DNA of 64,000 nucleotides from Atribacterota bacterium. GTDB taxonomy: Bacteria > Atribacterota > Phoenicimicrobiia > Phoenicimicrobiales > Stramentimicrobiaceae. Positions 10,621 to 19,922 of this stretch are shown piece by piece. The stretch covers positions 1-64,000 of the forward strand of contig JAXGNR010000005.1 of NCBI GenBank assembly GCA_040767965.1, given 5' to 3'. Both the position numbers and the translations under genes were made by a program. Each line of letters begins with the position of its first letter. The stretch's first letter is position 1. Under the pieces are notes generated by a model that saw only the letters and a list, made by a program, of their open reading frames with translations, was not told the origin of the DNA and ran no database searches.

Positions 10621-11328
10621 ATGAGGATTCAAAATAAGGTATTGTTGTTTATCAGTATACTTCTTTTAGTATCCATATTCCTATCTACTGAATTAATTAC
10701 TTTTGCGGCCTCTGAAACTCCTATAGAAATAATTAGAGAGGCTCTTGAGGTACTTGAAGATATGGATTATTCTTTAGATAGCGGGGTATTTAGAAGTGTA
10801 TTAAGAAGATCAAGAGGGATTGCCATATTTCCATCTTTAACTGAGGTAGCGATTTTGGGAGTAGGAGGATTAAAAGGGAATGGATTAGTAATAAGAAGAG
10901 ATTATGAAACTGGGGATTGGTATGGACCAGCTTTTCTAAAAATTAGTACTCTCGGCATAGGTGCTCGTATAGGTATTCAAACTATAGATCTATTATTAGT
11001 GATTAATGATTCAGAAGGTCTCGAAGCATTTATGAAAAAAACCTTTAAGTTTGGAGGAACCCTGGCTTGGACAGTCGGCCCTATAGGTAGATCTGTTTCA
11101 GCAGAAATTGATTCCAAATTTAATGCTCCAATATATTCTTATTCTATAACTAGTGGTCTTTATTTTGATGGCGGCTCTCTTCAGGGATCCACCACTAAAG
11201 TATACAGCTCTGCTAATAAAAAATTTTGGGGAGAAGAACTTTCTAACCGCACCATATTAGAGATGAAAAAAGTAAACAATAAAGATGTATTGAAACTCTG
11301 TAATTTAATTGAAAACATTGGGAAATAA
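10621..11328 (+). CDS. Lipid-binding SYLF (Ysc84) domain protein
   Basis: GIAIFP..GVGGLKGNGLV..W.GPAF..G.G.RIGIQ..DLLLVI..YSYS..SGLY.GGSLQG. Confidence 0.85.
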   Translation: MRIQNKVLLFISILLLVSIFLSTELITFAASETPIEIIREALEVLEDMDYSLDSGVFRSVLRRSRGIAIFPSLTEVAILGVGGLKGNGLVIRRDYETGDWYGPAFLKISTLGIGARIGIQTIDLLLVINDSEGLEAFMKKTFKFGGTLAWTVGPIGRSVSAEIDSKFNAPIYSYSITSGLYFDGGSLQGSTTKVYSSANKKFWGEELSNRTILEMKKVNNKDVLKLCNLIENIGK

Positions 11329-11400
11329 TTTACTTGATAACATATTGTTCACTGATTCAATTAATATTGTGAATAAGTAAAAATAAAAGGAGTTAAAAGA

Positions 11401-12792
11401 GTGAAAAGAAAAATCCAAGTATTTATTATTTTATTATTAGCGGTAATCTTCTTGTCAGGCTGCGATGGTTCGGGGTTTCTTCCTTCAATTCCAATTACTG
11501 GTGATGGCAACGCTTCTTTGTTAACACCTGAAGAAATAGAATTAATCAAGACATGGGGGTATGGAGGGGATTATGTAATTCGCTGGCCCGATGGTTATGT
11601 AGATGTCTATGATGCAACAGGATATAGCCAGATGCAAAAGGTCTTAAATCAATGGAATTCAGCAATAGGAGGGAAAGTAGTTTTTCGGCTGAGCGAAAAT
11701 CCCAATAGTCCAGTTCAGATAATATTTGATTATAGTATAAACTTAGAGGGGAATTGTAGCAGCGGAACTTATGAAATTGATGAAAATTATTCCTTTATAG
11801 AAAGGGTAATTAAAATAAATCCAATAGGTCAGGGATGTTTAGAAAATGCTTATCAATTGTATTTGTCAAATTTTTCCAAGGTTGTTGGTTGTAATGTCTG
11901 GACAGAATTAAGTTCTGTTCCATTTGAGGACTGGAGTGAATTTTATGAAATACCAGAGATAATAAAAAAGATGGTCAGAGCTCTTCATAAAGTACCTCCA
12001 GGGTATTATTTATTAGGTTCCGAACAACCCGTACCAGATACACCCAATCCAGTGATAGAGAATGTTGATGGTGTAAAGTGGGAACCAATATATCAAGGAT
12101 CAGACTATCGTTCTTTCTTACTAGTTGATTATTATGGTGATGAACTTAAACCTCCCCGCAAAGATGACAAAGATTATGTTTATCCAGACTCTTTAGATAG
12201 AGGTAACCCCTTTTATTTTGTAATTACTGGCAAAAATTTTGGGAATAAAGAAGGAAGTATTAGCATAGAAGGTAAAGTGTTTAATATAAAAATTATTAAT
12301 TGGAAGGATAATAGAATAATAATATGCCCGAGCTTTAATGACGTGTCTCTAACATATAAAAAGGGAGCAAAACTTACTCTTATTACAAATCAAGGTAAGA
12401 AGGCAGAATATTCACTTGACATTATCGCCTCCATTGGTAGACAGCCTTTTGGCCAATGCACCTGGTGGGTTTGTAGACGATTATTAGAAATATATGGGAA
12501 AAATATATATGATTTAAATTATGGATCCACTTACAACCTTGATACTAAAATAAATAACTCTTATATTCCTGAGCAGTTTGATGTTTTAATTTGGTGGGAA
12601 GGAGAAACCCGTCATCAAGCTTTGATTGAAGAATTTATTGATAAAGAAAAAGGTATAGTACTCATATCTCAGTATAATCAGGGATATAATGAATCGTTCG
12701 GAACATATGAAACTGGAAGAGGAAAAATTTATAAATTTTCAGATGGCTCAAAGCCAGCTGGTTACTTCTATCGCATAAAAAATGAACTATAG
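11401..12792 (+). CDS. Lipoprotein with IPT/TIG-like domain and C-terminal CHAP amidase-like domain
   Basis: Lipobox LSGC; ITGKNFGNKEGSI..INWKDNRI (TIG); GQCTWWV...RHQALIE...ISQYN (CHAP Cys-His). Confidence 0.65.
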   Translation: MKRKIQVFIILLLAVIFLSGCDGSGFLPSIPITGDGNASLLTPEEIELIKTWGYGGDYVIRWPDGYVDVYDATGYSQMQKVLNQWNSAIGGKVVFRLSENPNSPVQIIFDYSINLEGNCSSGTYEIDENYSFIERVIKINPIGQGCLENAYQLYLSNFSKVVGCNVWTELSSVPFEDWSEFYEIPEIIKKMVRALHKVPPGYYLLGSEQPVPDTPNPVIENVDGVKWEPIYQGSDYRSFLLVDYYGDELKPPRKDDKDYVYPDSLDRGNPFYFVITGKNFGNKEGSISIEGKVFNIKIINWKDNRIIICPSFNDVSLTYKKGAKLTLITNQGKKAEYSLDIIASIGRQPFGQCTWWVCRRLLEIYGKNIYDLNYGSTYNLDTKINNSYIPEQFDVLIWWEGETRHQALIEEFIDKEKGIVLISQYNQGYNESFGTYETGRGKIYKFSDGSKPAGYFYRIKNEL

Positions 12793-12867
12793 TAAAATTG
12801 TAGCTTAATAAAGATGAAAAAAATGATCACTAGGTTAATATGTACCTAAGCTCTTTATGTGAAAGAA

Positions 12868-12892
12868 AAACATAGGGGACGGTTCTTTGTTT
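12868..12892 (+). repeat. REP-like hairpin, family A (core GGGGACGGTTCTT)
   Basis: AAACATAGGGGACGGTTCTTTGTTT; other copies at 8873-8891, 20695-20717, 22752-22778, 26084-26110, 34613-34633, 50119-50145. Confidence 0.8.
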
Positions 12893-12975
12893 GAGGTTTT
12901 TCCCTATTTTAGAAATAAATATTGGGTTTTCATATTTGAAGTGATCCAAAAAATATAAGCTAAGAAGAGGTTATT

Positions 12976-13707
12976 TTGAATAAAGCAAAAATCAAAATTG
13001 GAATCATTTGTCCACTTGATGATGAGTACAATGCCTGTAAAGAAATACTGGGCTTGAAAAATGAATCAGAATTATCAGGACGAATTGTTTCAGAAAGAAA
13101 TGAGAATAACATAGAGGTTTATGCTGTTAAAGCCGGAGTGGGTAAAATCAATTGCAGTTCTGCTACTCAATTAGTTATTGATAAGTTTCATCCTGATTTT
13201 ATCATTGATGCCGGCGTTGCTGGTTCTCTTGCTAAAGATGTAAGTATCAATGATATTATATGTGCTGAACATTGTTATGAATATGATCCATGTTCTGGTA
13301 AGGAATTGGGGAAAATACCTTCCGGGGATGACGAATCTCATACAATAATAAGTGATCCTTTCTACAAAGAAGCTTTTCTGGAATTTTCCAACCATATCCA
13401 AGACACAATGACAATTAATATCAGGATTGGTAATGTTGTCTGTGGAGAAAAGGATGTTAAAAACCGGCAATTAAGGCAAGAATTACATGAAAATTTTAAT
13501 GGACTTGTCTGCAACTGGGAAACGTCTGCTGTTTTAAGTGTTGCAAGCTTAAATAAAATAAAGGCTTTTTCATTCAGAGTCATTTCTGATTTAGCTGATG
13601 AAGACATGAAGGTTTCTTTTGATGCAAATTGTAAGCCGGCACTTCAGAAGATGTTCCCGGTATTAAAGGAATTTATCTTTGGAGGCTGGATACAGAAGTT
13701 TTGTTAA
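12976..13707 (+). CDS. mtnN: MTA/SAH nucleosidase family (PNP_UDP_1) protein
   Basis: GVGKIN..TQLVIDKFHPDFIIDAGVAGSL..D and RVISDLAD motifs; NWET in place of the usual EME. Confidence 0.75.
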   Translation: MNKAKIKIGIICPLDDEYNACKEILGLKNESELSGRIVSERNENNIEVYAVKAGVGKINCSSATQLVIDKFHPDFIIDAGVAGSLAKDVSINDIICAEHCYEYDPCSGKELGKIPSGDDESHTIISDPFYKEAFLEFSNHIQDTMTINIRIGNVVCGEKDVKNRQLRQELHENFNGLVCNWETSAVLSVASLNKIKAFSFRVISDLADEDMKVSFDANCKPALQKMFPVLKEFIFGGWIQKFC

Positions 13708-13796
13708 GAAAGAAGCTAAAGCCACAAATTTTTAATATTAACTGTTGTTTTTTTGATAATGTTTCTTAAGATAGTATTTATAAATTGGGGGTTTAA

Positions 13797-14447
13797 ATGA
13801 AATTTTATTTATTTTCTACAATTGAACTTGAAATTCCTGATCCTGTTTCTCTAGTTGAATGCTATTGTTACCAGAGTGATTTTTATTCCAAGTATGATGT
13901 GATAGGAAATCGTAAAATTGAAGATGTAAACAAGATTGGAGCAAGACTAACAAGTGATGCAATTTCAAAATGTAGGGTTGTAGTTGAAAACACCATGGGA
14001 TTAGAAATATTCCAGCATACACTTGATCTATTTTTGGATTTAAGTAGACAGGAAAGAGAAAAACAGATCAAAGAATTAAATGATGTAGTTTTTCAAAAAC
14101 TCTTTGATATTAATGGAATCCGTTTTTCTACTGCAACAAAGATTCTACACACCATTTACCCTGAGATTATCCCGATGATTGATAATCCACTACAAAGGAA
14201 GTACAAAAAAGAAATCAATCATTCCTGGACTTATAAAAATGCTGATGAAATTTTAATAGATTTTTATAATAATTTGGAAAATGAGATTATTAGAAAAAAT
14301 TTAAATGAGCTCTCTGCTGATCTAATTAAAATCAATCTTAAGCATCTTACTAAAATTAGAATCTTTGACATTCTCTGGTGGTCTTATCTGAAAGCAGAAA
14401 GATTGATGAATTTAAGGAATATTAATTGGACCTCGATTTTGTATTGA
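13797..14447 (+). CDS. DUF6308-like protein with helix-hairpin-helix (HhH-GPD-like) motif
   Basis: INGIRFSTATKILH..YPEIIPMID and LTKIRIFDILWW. Confidence 0.6.
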   Translation: MKFYLFSTIELEIPDPVSLVECYCYQSDFYSKYDVIGNRKIEDVNKIGARLTSDAISKCRVVVENTMGLEIFQHTLDLFLDLSRQEREKQIKELNDVVFQKLFDINGIRFSTATKILHTIYPEIIPMIDNPLQRKYKKEINHSWTYKNADEILIDFYNNLENEIIRKNLNELSADLIKINLKHLTKIRIFDILWWSYLKAERLMNLRNINWTSILY

Positions 14448-14493
14448 CAATCGTTACCAGAGTGATTTTTATTATATATATTAGTTAATTAAT

Positions 14494-14563
14494 TTGACAT
14501 TGTCCAATTAAAGCATTAATATATTTACAATAATATAATATTACAATAATTGGAGAATATCCA
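14494..14563 (+). promoter_or_regulatory. abiE promoter with long imperfect inverted repeat (probable autoregulatory operator)
   Basis: TTGACATTGTCCAATTA ... TAATTGGAGAATATCCA; the left arm contains TTGACA. Confidence 0.5.
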
Positions 14564-15406
14564 ATGAATGCAAGAAATAATAGTAAGCATACTAGAAAAG
14601 GTATAGAAATGATCAGGAAGCTTTCTGAAGAAGGGAAACAAATATTTACTGTTAGTGATGCTAAAAAAATTGCTCCCTTTTGTGAGATATCAGAGCAGTA
14701 TGTCAATGAAGCCTTGTATTACCTTGCAAAAGATGGTTGGATAAAAAGACTTAAAAGAGGCTTATACTTGATTTCTTCATCCTTTCCAGGAATAGTGCCA
14801 GCACATGAATTTGAAATCGCCATGTTTTTAGCACAACCTGCTGCTATAAGCCATTGGTCTGCTCTTCATTTTCATGGCATGACTGAACAAATACCAAAGA
14901 AAGTATATACAACAACTTCAGGAAATATTTCAGCTGAGAGAAAAATAAATTCACAAAACAATAATTTAAAGGGTTTCAGCAGAAAGATAAATAATATTAT
15001 ATATGTTTTTATTAAGGTCAAACCGGAAAGATTTTTTGGTGTTAAAGAATATTGGGTTGGTGAGAAAAAAGTTACCATCACTAGCCCGGAAAGAACGTTG
15101 ATAGACGGTTTGGTATCTCCAAGATATCTTGGAGGATGGGCTGAAATATATAATGCTTTTGAATTACATGTTTCAAGAGTTAATATAAATAAACTAATCA
15201 GTTATGCTACGAGGCTTGATGCATCAGTAGTGAAAAGATTAGGATGGATATTAGAAAAAAATGGAGTTGAAGAAAAAAAACTGCAAAAGTTGATAGCTTT
15301 TCCTATCAAAGGGTACCGTATCCTTGATTCTAGCGGCTTTCAAACGGGGCCTTATAATAAAAAATGGATGATTCGGGAAAACATTTCAGTAAAGGGAATG
15401 AAATGA
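14564..15406 (+). CDS. abiEi: Type IV TA antitoxin, AbiEi family
   Basis: wHTH LAKDGWIKRLKRGLY; ISHWSALHFHGMTEQIP; SPERTLID. Confidence 0.9.
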   Translation: MNARNNSKHTRKGIEMIRKLSEEGKQIFTVSDAKKIAPFCEISEQYVNEALYYLAKDGWIKRLKRGLYLISSSFPGIVPAHEFEIAMFLAQPAAISHWSALHFHGMTEQIPKKVYTTTSGNISAERKINSQNNNLKGFSRKINNIIYVFIKVKPERFFGVKEYWVGEKKVTITSPERTLIDGLVSPRYLGGWAEIYNAFELHVSRVNINKLISYATRLDASVVKRLGWILEKNGVEEKKLQKLIAFPIKGYRILDSSGFQTGPYNKKWMIRENISVKGMK

Positions 15407-16266
15407 AACCAATTAGAAAAAGACTAGAGGAAGCAAGAAAAGAAACTGGCTTACCATGGGAAATAATTGAAAAGGATTATATTCTTTCTTGGATTTTAGC
15501 TGGTATTGCTACCAACAAAGCATTAAAAAACGAATTGATATTTAAAGGGGGAACTGCATTAAAAAAGTGTTACTTTGGAGATTATAGGTTTTCAGAGGAC
15601 CTTGACTTTAGTTTAAAAAATAATATTTCAGGGGATAATATTCTAGAACAAGAGATTAAAAGGTCTTGCAAGGTTGCTGTAGATTTGGTTCAGAAGTTTT
15701 CACCTCTTGAGTTGAAAATTGAAAAATATACGGAAAAGCAAAGTCATCCAGATAAACAAGAAGCATTTACTGTTAGAGGTAAATTCCCTTGGCATAGAGA
15801 TTTTTTTTCGAAAGCCAAGATCGAAATTACAACTAATGAACCAATTATAATGGAACCCAAAAAAAGAAATATTATTCATGGTTATCAAGAGGATCTATCA
15901 AAAGAATTATCCGTTTATTCACTTGAAGAAATTATATCTGAAAAATTAAGAGCAATATTACAACATTTAAAGAAATTAGAACAAAGAGGTTGGACAAGAT
16001 CACGAGCAAGGGATTATTATGATTTATGGAGAATCTTTAATGCTTATAATAAAGATTTAAATTTGAATATCATACCATCAGTCTTTCTAAAAAAATGTGA
16101 AGTTAAAGATATTGATTTTTCAGGGGCAGATGCTTTTTTTGATGAGAGATTATTGACATATATTGCTGATACTTGGAATCAATGGTTAGGTCCTTTGGTT
16201 CCAGATCTGCCAGAGTTTCAGTTAGTAATAGATGATTTAAGAGAAAAGATCTACCAGTTATTTTAA
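15403..16266 (+). CDS. abiEii: Type IV TA toxin, AbiEii nucleotidyltransferase
   Basis: EKDY..FKGGTALKK..RFSEDLDF..EKLRA..RARDYYD; ATGA overlap with abiEi. Confidence 0.92.
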   Translation: MKPIRKRLEEARKETGLPWEIIEKDYILSWILAGIATNKALKNELIFKGGTALKKCYFGDYRFSEDLDFSLKNNISGDNILEQEIKRSCKVAVDLVQKFSPLELKIEKYTEKQSHPDKQEAFTVRGKFPWHRDFFSKAKIEITTNEPIIMEPKKRNIIHGYQEDLSKELSVYSLEEIISEKLRAILQHLKKLEQRGWTRSRARDYYDLWRIFNAYNKDLNLNIIPSVFLKKCEVKDIDFSGADAFFDERLLTYIADTWNQWLGPLVPDLPEFQLVIDDLREKIYQLF

Positions 16267-16747
16267 TTAAGAATATATTTATTTTCTCCAATATCTATAT
16301 AGATATTCCCAATAATACAGTTAAAAATTTGCATAACTGGAGACAGGTATTTTCAGAATTATTTTTTTTGTAGTCTGATGATTCTTGCTGACAATTACAA
16401 AAAAGCCTAAAATCGATGCAAGCTAAAACATCTATATAATTGGCGGAAAATATTATAAAGAAACAGGGGAAATAAAAGTTATCAAATCTTTATTTTTGAT
16501 AATGTTTCTTAATAAATTTTAATCTAACTCACCGATTTTGCGGTACTTATCAATTTTTTAATCTCTTTTTATCCAATTCAGTGACCTGGACCAGGACTTC
16601 TCTTACATCTTTAATTAATATTTCTCTTGGCTTTGTAATATTAGGGTTAGCTTATACATAAACATTATTTGAAATTATTATATAACCTTTGTATAATCAT
16701 TGTAGATACAAATGCAATAGTTTATTTATAATTGGAAGGTGTTACTG

Positions 16748-16990
16748 ATGAAAACAAAAATTAAAAAATGGGGAAACAGTTTAGCCTTGCGAATTCCAAA
16801 ATATTTAGCTTCTGATGCAAATCTGGAACTAAACGAATGGGTTGATATATCTGTTGATAAGGATAGTATAATTATCAAACCAATTCGTGAGAAAAAATAT
16901 TCTCTCAAAAACCTTTTAGCAGATGTTTCTGAGAATAATCTCCATGGGGAGATTGATTCTGGTGCACCTGTTGGAAAAGAAGTTTGGTGA
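16748..16990 (+). CDS. mazE: MazE/AbrB-family antitoxin
   Basis: KKWGNSLALRIP..GEIDSGAPVGKEVW. Confidence 0.92.
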   Translation: MKTKIKKWGNSLALRIPKYLASDANLELNEWVDISVDKDSIIIKPIREKKYSLKNLLADVSENNLHGEIDSGAPVGKEVW

Positions 16991-17328
16991 TGGTTAAAGG
17001 ATTTATTCCAGATAAAGGAGATATTGTTTGGATTAATATGCAGCCTCAAGCTGGACACGAACAATCCGGAAGGCGTCCGGCAGCTGTTCTTTCACCCAAG
17101 TCTTATAATGGTAAAGTGGGGTTAGCCTTATTATGCCCGATAACAAGTCAAATAAAAGGATATCCTTTTGAAGTCATGATTCCTTTAGAATTAAAGGTTA
17201 AAGGTGTTATCTTGTCTGATCAAGTTAAAAGTCTTGATTGGAAAATAAGGAATGCCGAATTCTGTGATAAATTACCAAAGGATGTGATCTCAGAAATAAT
17301 AAAAAAGCTTGAGACATTATTGATTTAA
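16990..17328 (+). CDS. mazF: MazF endoribonuclease toxin
   Basis: PDKGDIVWI..PQAGHEQSGRRPA..CPITSQIKGYPFEV..DQVKSLDW. Confidence 0.95.
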   Translation: MVKGFIPDKGDIVWINMQPQAGHEQSGRRPAAVLSPKSYNGKVGLALLCPITSQIKGYPFEVMIPLELKVKGVILSDQVKSLDWKIRNAEFCDKLPKDVISEIIKKLETLLI

Positions 17329-17450
17329 ATACACCAGGGAATAGACATAAAAACCCAAAACTTCAAATCCAAGAATAGCTTTTTATAACGTTTTCAAACA
17401 CAATCTTACTCTTTTTATCTGTATCTGAAATTATTATGCTTTTCTGTGGG

Positions 17451-17505
17451 ATAAGTGGATGAGATTGCTTCATTCTGCTGATGCAGAATTCGCAATGACA
17501 AAGAG
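17451..17505 (+). repeat. Hairpin repeat family B (GGATGAGATTGC..inner hairpin..TCGCAATGAC)
   Basis: 17456-17505 identical to 20837-20886; variants at 23533-23592, 23601-23623 (partial), 25961-26012. Confidence 0.85.
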
Positions 17506-17736
17506 GTTGGAGTAGTGAAGAATGGCGTATTTCAGGTTGTGAGGCATCCTATGTATTTTGGTTCAATCCTTTTGTTTTTTAGTTTTGTTATTTTAAGCTC
17601 TTCTATTTTAGCCCTTTCAGTCTGGATTATGATCTGTTTTTTTTATTATTTCATTGCCCGCTATGAAGAGAAGTTATTAATTAATAAATATGGTGATGAA
17701 TATGAAGAATATCATAAAAAAGTTCCGATAAGTTAA
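17506..17736 (+). pseudogene. 5'-truncated isoprenylcysteine carboxyl methyltransferase/PEMT-family fragment
   Basis: GVFQVVRHPMYFG...EEKLL..KYG.EY.EY.KKVP; N-terminal TMs and RBS absent; starts right after a family B repeat. Confidence 0.75.
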
Positions 17737-17808
17737 TTTCCCACAATCCCACTTGTATAATTACCCACGTAATGATATGATAATAAAAAAATGTCTATGA
17801 GGTAAAAA

Positions 17809-18120
17809 ATGAGCAAAAATGAAACCATAGAGAAAGATAATCAAAAATTTATACCCTTTGATATTAGGTTTATAGACTCAAAAAATAGGATTACTATAGG
17901 GGAAAAGATTATTAAAAAAATATCCGGGCAGAACAAAGTTAGTCAATTTCAAATATTTATCGGGCAAGATGGAGATATACTCTTAAGACCTTTAACTGCT
18001 ATTCCTATCAGAGAAGCCTGGATTTATGAAAAGCCTGGATTAATCGGACAGATAAGACAGGGCTTACAGGATGCAAAAGATGGTAAAGTAGAAAAAATTG
18101 AGAATCTTGAAGAACTTTAG
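17809..18120 (+). CDS. Putative AbrB/MraZ-like antitoxin
   Basis: DSKNRITIG..DGDILLRP..IP.REAWIY..IRQGLQDAKDGK; directly upstream of a RelE-like gene. Confidence 0.6.
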   Translation: MSKNETIEKDNQKFIPFDIRFIDSKNRITIGEKIIKKISGQNKVSQFQIFIGQDGDILLRPLTAIPIREAWIYEKPGLIGQIRQGLQDAKDGKVEKIENLEEL

Positions 18121-18129
18121 GAATAGTTG

Positions 18130-18426
18130 ATGGAATTCAATATTTATTTAACACAAACCGCCAGAAAAGTATTAACACAGCTAAAAAAAGATCCGGGAAA
18201 GAACAAGGCTTATAAAGCAGTTAAAAAGGCAATTATTCTACTGTCTAAAAATCCAAGACATCCTGGATTACAAACACATAGTATCTATTCGATCAAAGGA
18301 CCTTCAGAAGAGAAGGTTTTTGAAGCTTATGCACAACAGAATACTCCTTCTGCTTATCGTATATTTTTTTGTTACGGACCTGATAAAAAAGAAATTACTA
18401 TTATTGCTATTATCCCTCATCCATAG
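18130..18426 (+). CDS. RelE/ParE-superfamily toxin-like protein
   Basis: NPRHPGLQTH..VFEAY..AYRIFF.YG..ITIIAI.PHP. Confidence 0.65.
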   Translation: MEFNIYLTQTARKVLTQLKKDPGKNKAYKAVKKAIILLSKNPRHPGLQTHSIYSIKGPSEEKVFEAYAQQNTPSAYRIFFCYGPDKKEITIIAIIPHP

Positions 18427-18515
18427 TTTGAGCCATTAGCGCAGAAGAAGAAAATGGGCAGAAGAAGAAAGTGATCAAGCTTCACAAATTCGCAAATCTC
18501 GAGGTTTTCAAAATA

Positions 18516-19235
18516 TTATAACTCAGTCAGGGATTTTCCCATTAGCTTTTCAAACTTCTTGCACCATTGTGAGTATTCTTCCACATAACTAACCCCACAG
18601 ACCACAGAAATATTTTTGGTCTTTGCTATCTCGGCAATTCTTTTTGCTCCTTCTCTTGTTTTTGACTGGGGACCATACGGGTTAAATTTCATGTGATTTT
18701 GCATTAAAAAGACATAGTCACAAATAAAAAGAATATCTTCGTATACATAGATAGTGAAACCGCTGGTATGGCCATTGATATGATAGGCTTCTAAACCTGA
18801 ATCAGAAAAATCTCCACTGAATTTATTATCAAAACTAAATCGCTCTGCCAGCTCATTTTCAGTGTCCAGCCTGTTAATCAGCACCTCTGAATGAAAGTAT
18901 GTTCTGTAGAGGTTAGATGCACTCAGAAAATGATGATGGGTAAAAGTAATGGTATCAAACGGCTCTAAAGATTGATCAAAACAAGACGGACAATCAATTA
19001 AGAATGTTTTATCATCTGACTTTATCCTGTAGGAAGCATGCTCATACCCCAAACGAGGATTAGAAAGAAGTTGCGATACTTTGTTATTCACTTTCGTTGA
19101 TTGAACATGATAGCGTCTGGAACATTCTTCCGCAGTAATATATTTTTCTTGAGGGGCACCACAGAAGGGACAATTAGCAGGGTAGTGTCCGATTATATTA
19201 AAACCGCAAACTGTACAAACAAACTGTTCTTTCAT
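18516..19235 (-). CDS. Rubredoxin-like domain + metallo-beta-lactamase fold protein
   Basis: CTVCG..CPFCGA; THHHF, GHTSG, FICD motifs; GGAGG RBS. Confidence 0.75.
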   Translation of the reverse strand: MKEQFVCTVCGFNIIGHYPANCPFCGAPQEKYITAEECSRRYHVQSTKVNNKVSQLLSNPRLGYEHASYRIKSDDKTFLIDCPSCFDQSLEPFDTITFTHHHFLSASNLYRTYFHSEVLINRLDTENELAERFSFDNKFSGDFSDSGLEAYHINGHTSGFTIYVYEDILFICDYVFLMQNHMKFNPYGPQSKTREGAKRIAEIAKTKNISVVCGVSYVEEYSQWCKKFEKLMGKSLTEL

Positions 19236-19570
19236 TTTATCCTCACCTCCTTTTAAATTTTTAAACACAGTTAAATAAAGCAAAATTTCTCTTTGTTTGG
19301 TTATAAACTAAGTTTACCTTTTTTGTTGACTTGCTGACAAGCATTTTTTCAGGTTTCATTGTTAAAAAATATTTTCTTCTTCTAAGTAATACATTCTCAA
19401 ATCACTTATTTATTCAAATCTCAATTATTATTGTATGATACATGATCGCAGTGTTTTTATCTTTTCTTTTTGTAAAAAGTTTTGTCGTCAGGCTGGATTG
19501 AAAATACATATTATCTATTCAATCAAAGGACCTTCAGGAGAGAAATTTTTTGAAGATGCTGAACTATACC

Positions 19571-19698
19571 AATTATTACCCTAATAATTACATTTCTGAT
19601 GCCTGTAATTAATTTAATTAACAAAATTATATGTATATTTGATATTTTATATCATTTACCCTGAAATATCCCGATGATTGATAAAAATATTTGACATT
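19571..19698 (+). repeat. 128-bp intergenic duplication (second copy 22609-22736) ending at TTGACA
   Basis: About 5 mismatches by eye. Confidence 0.9.
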
Positions 19699-19741
19699 AA
19701 TTTTTTGGAGTGTTATTTTAAAATTAAATAGAATATAGTGT

Positions 19742-19858
19742 ATCTTATCAAGAGAGGCTGAGGGACGGACCCTGTGAAGCCCGGCAACCTGTCATAACAA
19801 AGATTATGATGTTGGTGCCAATTTCCGCGGAATGATATTCAATTCCGAGAGATGAGAA
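19742..19858 (+). ncRNA. SAM-I (S-box) riboswitch
   Basis: CTTATCAAGAGAGGCTGAGGGACGGACCCTGTGAAGCCCGGCAACC...GGTGCCAATT...GAGATGAG. Confidence 0.95.
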
Positions 19859-19866
19859 AAATAATG

Positions 19867-19894
19867 AACCTCTTCGGACTTGAAGAGGTTTTTT
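19867..19894 (+). terminator. Riboswitch intrinsic terminator
   Basis: AACCTCTTC-GGACTT-GAAGAGGTT followed by T tract. Confidence 0.9.
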
Positions 19895-19922
19895 GTTTTT
19901 AAATTAAAAAATGGAGAGATTT

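Noticed and set aside
18440-18472. Short tandem duplications (GCAGAAGAAGAAA x2 here; ATACATATCTAAAA x2 near 57255)
   Set aside because: Two-unit slippage products with no further structure
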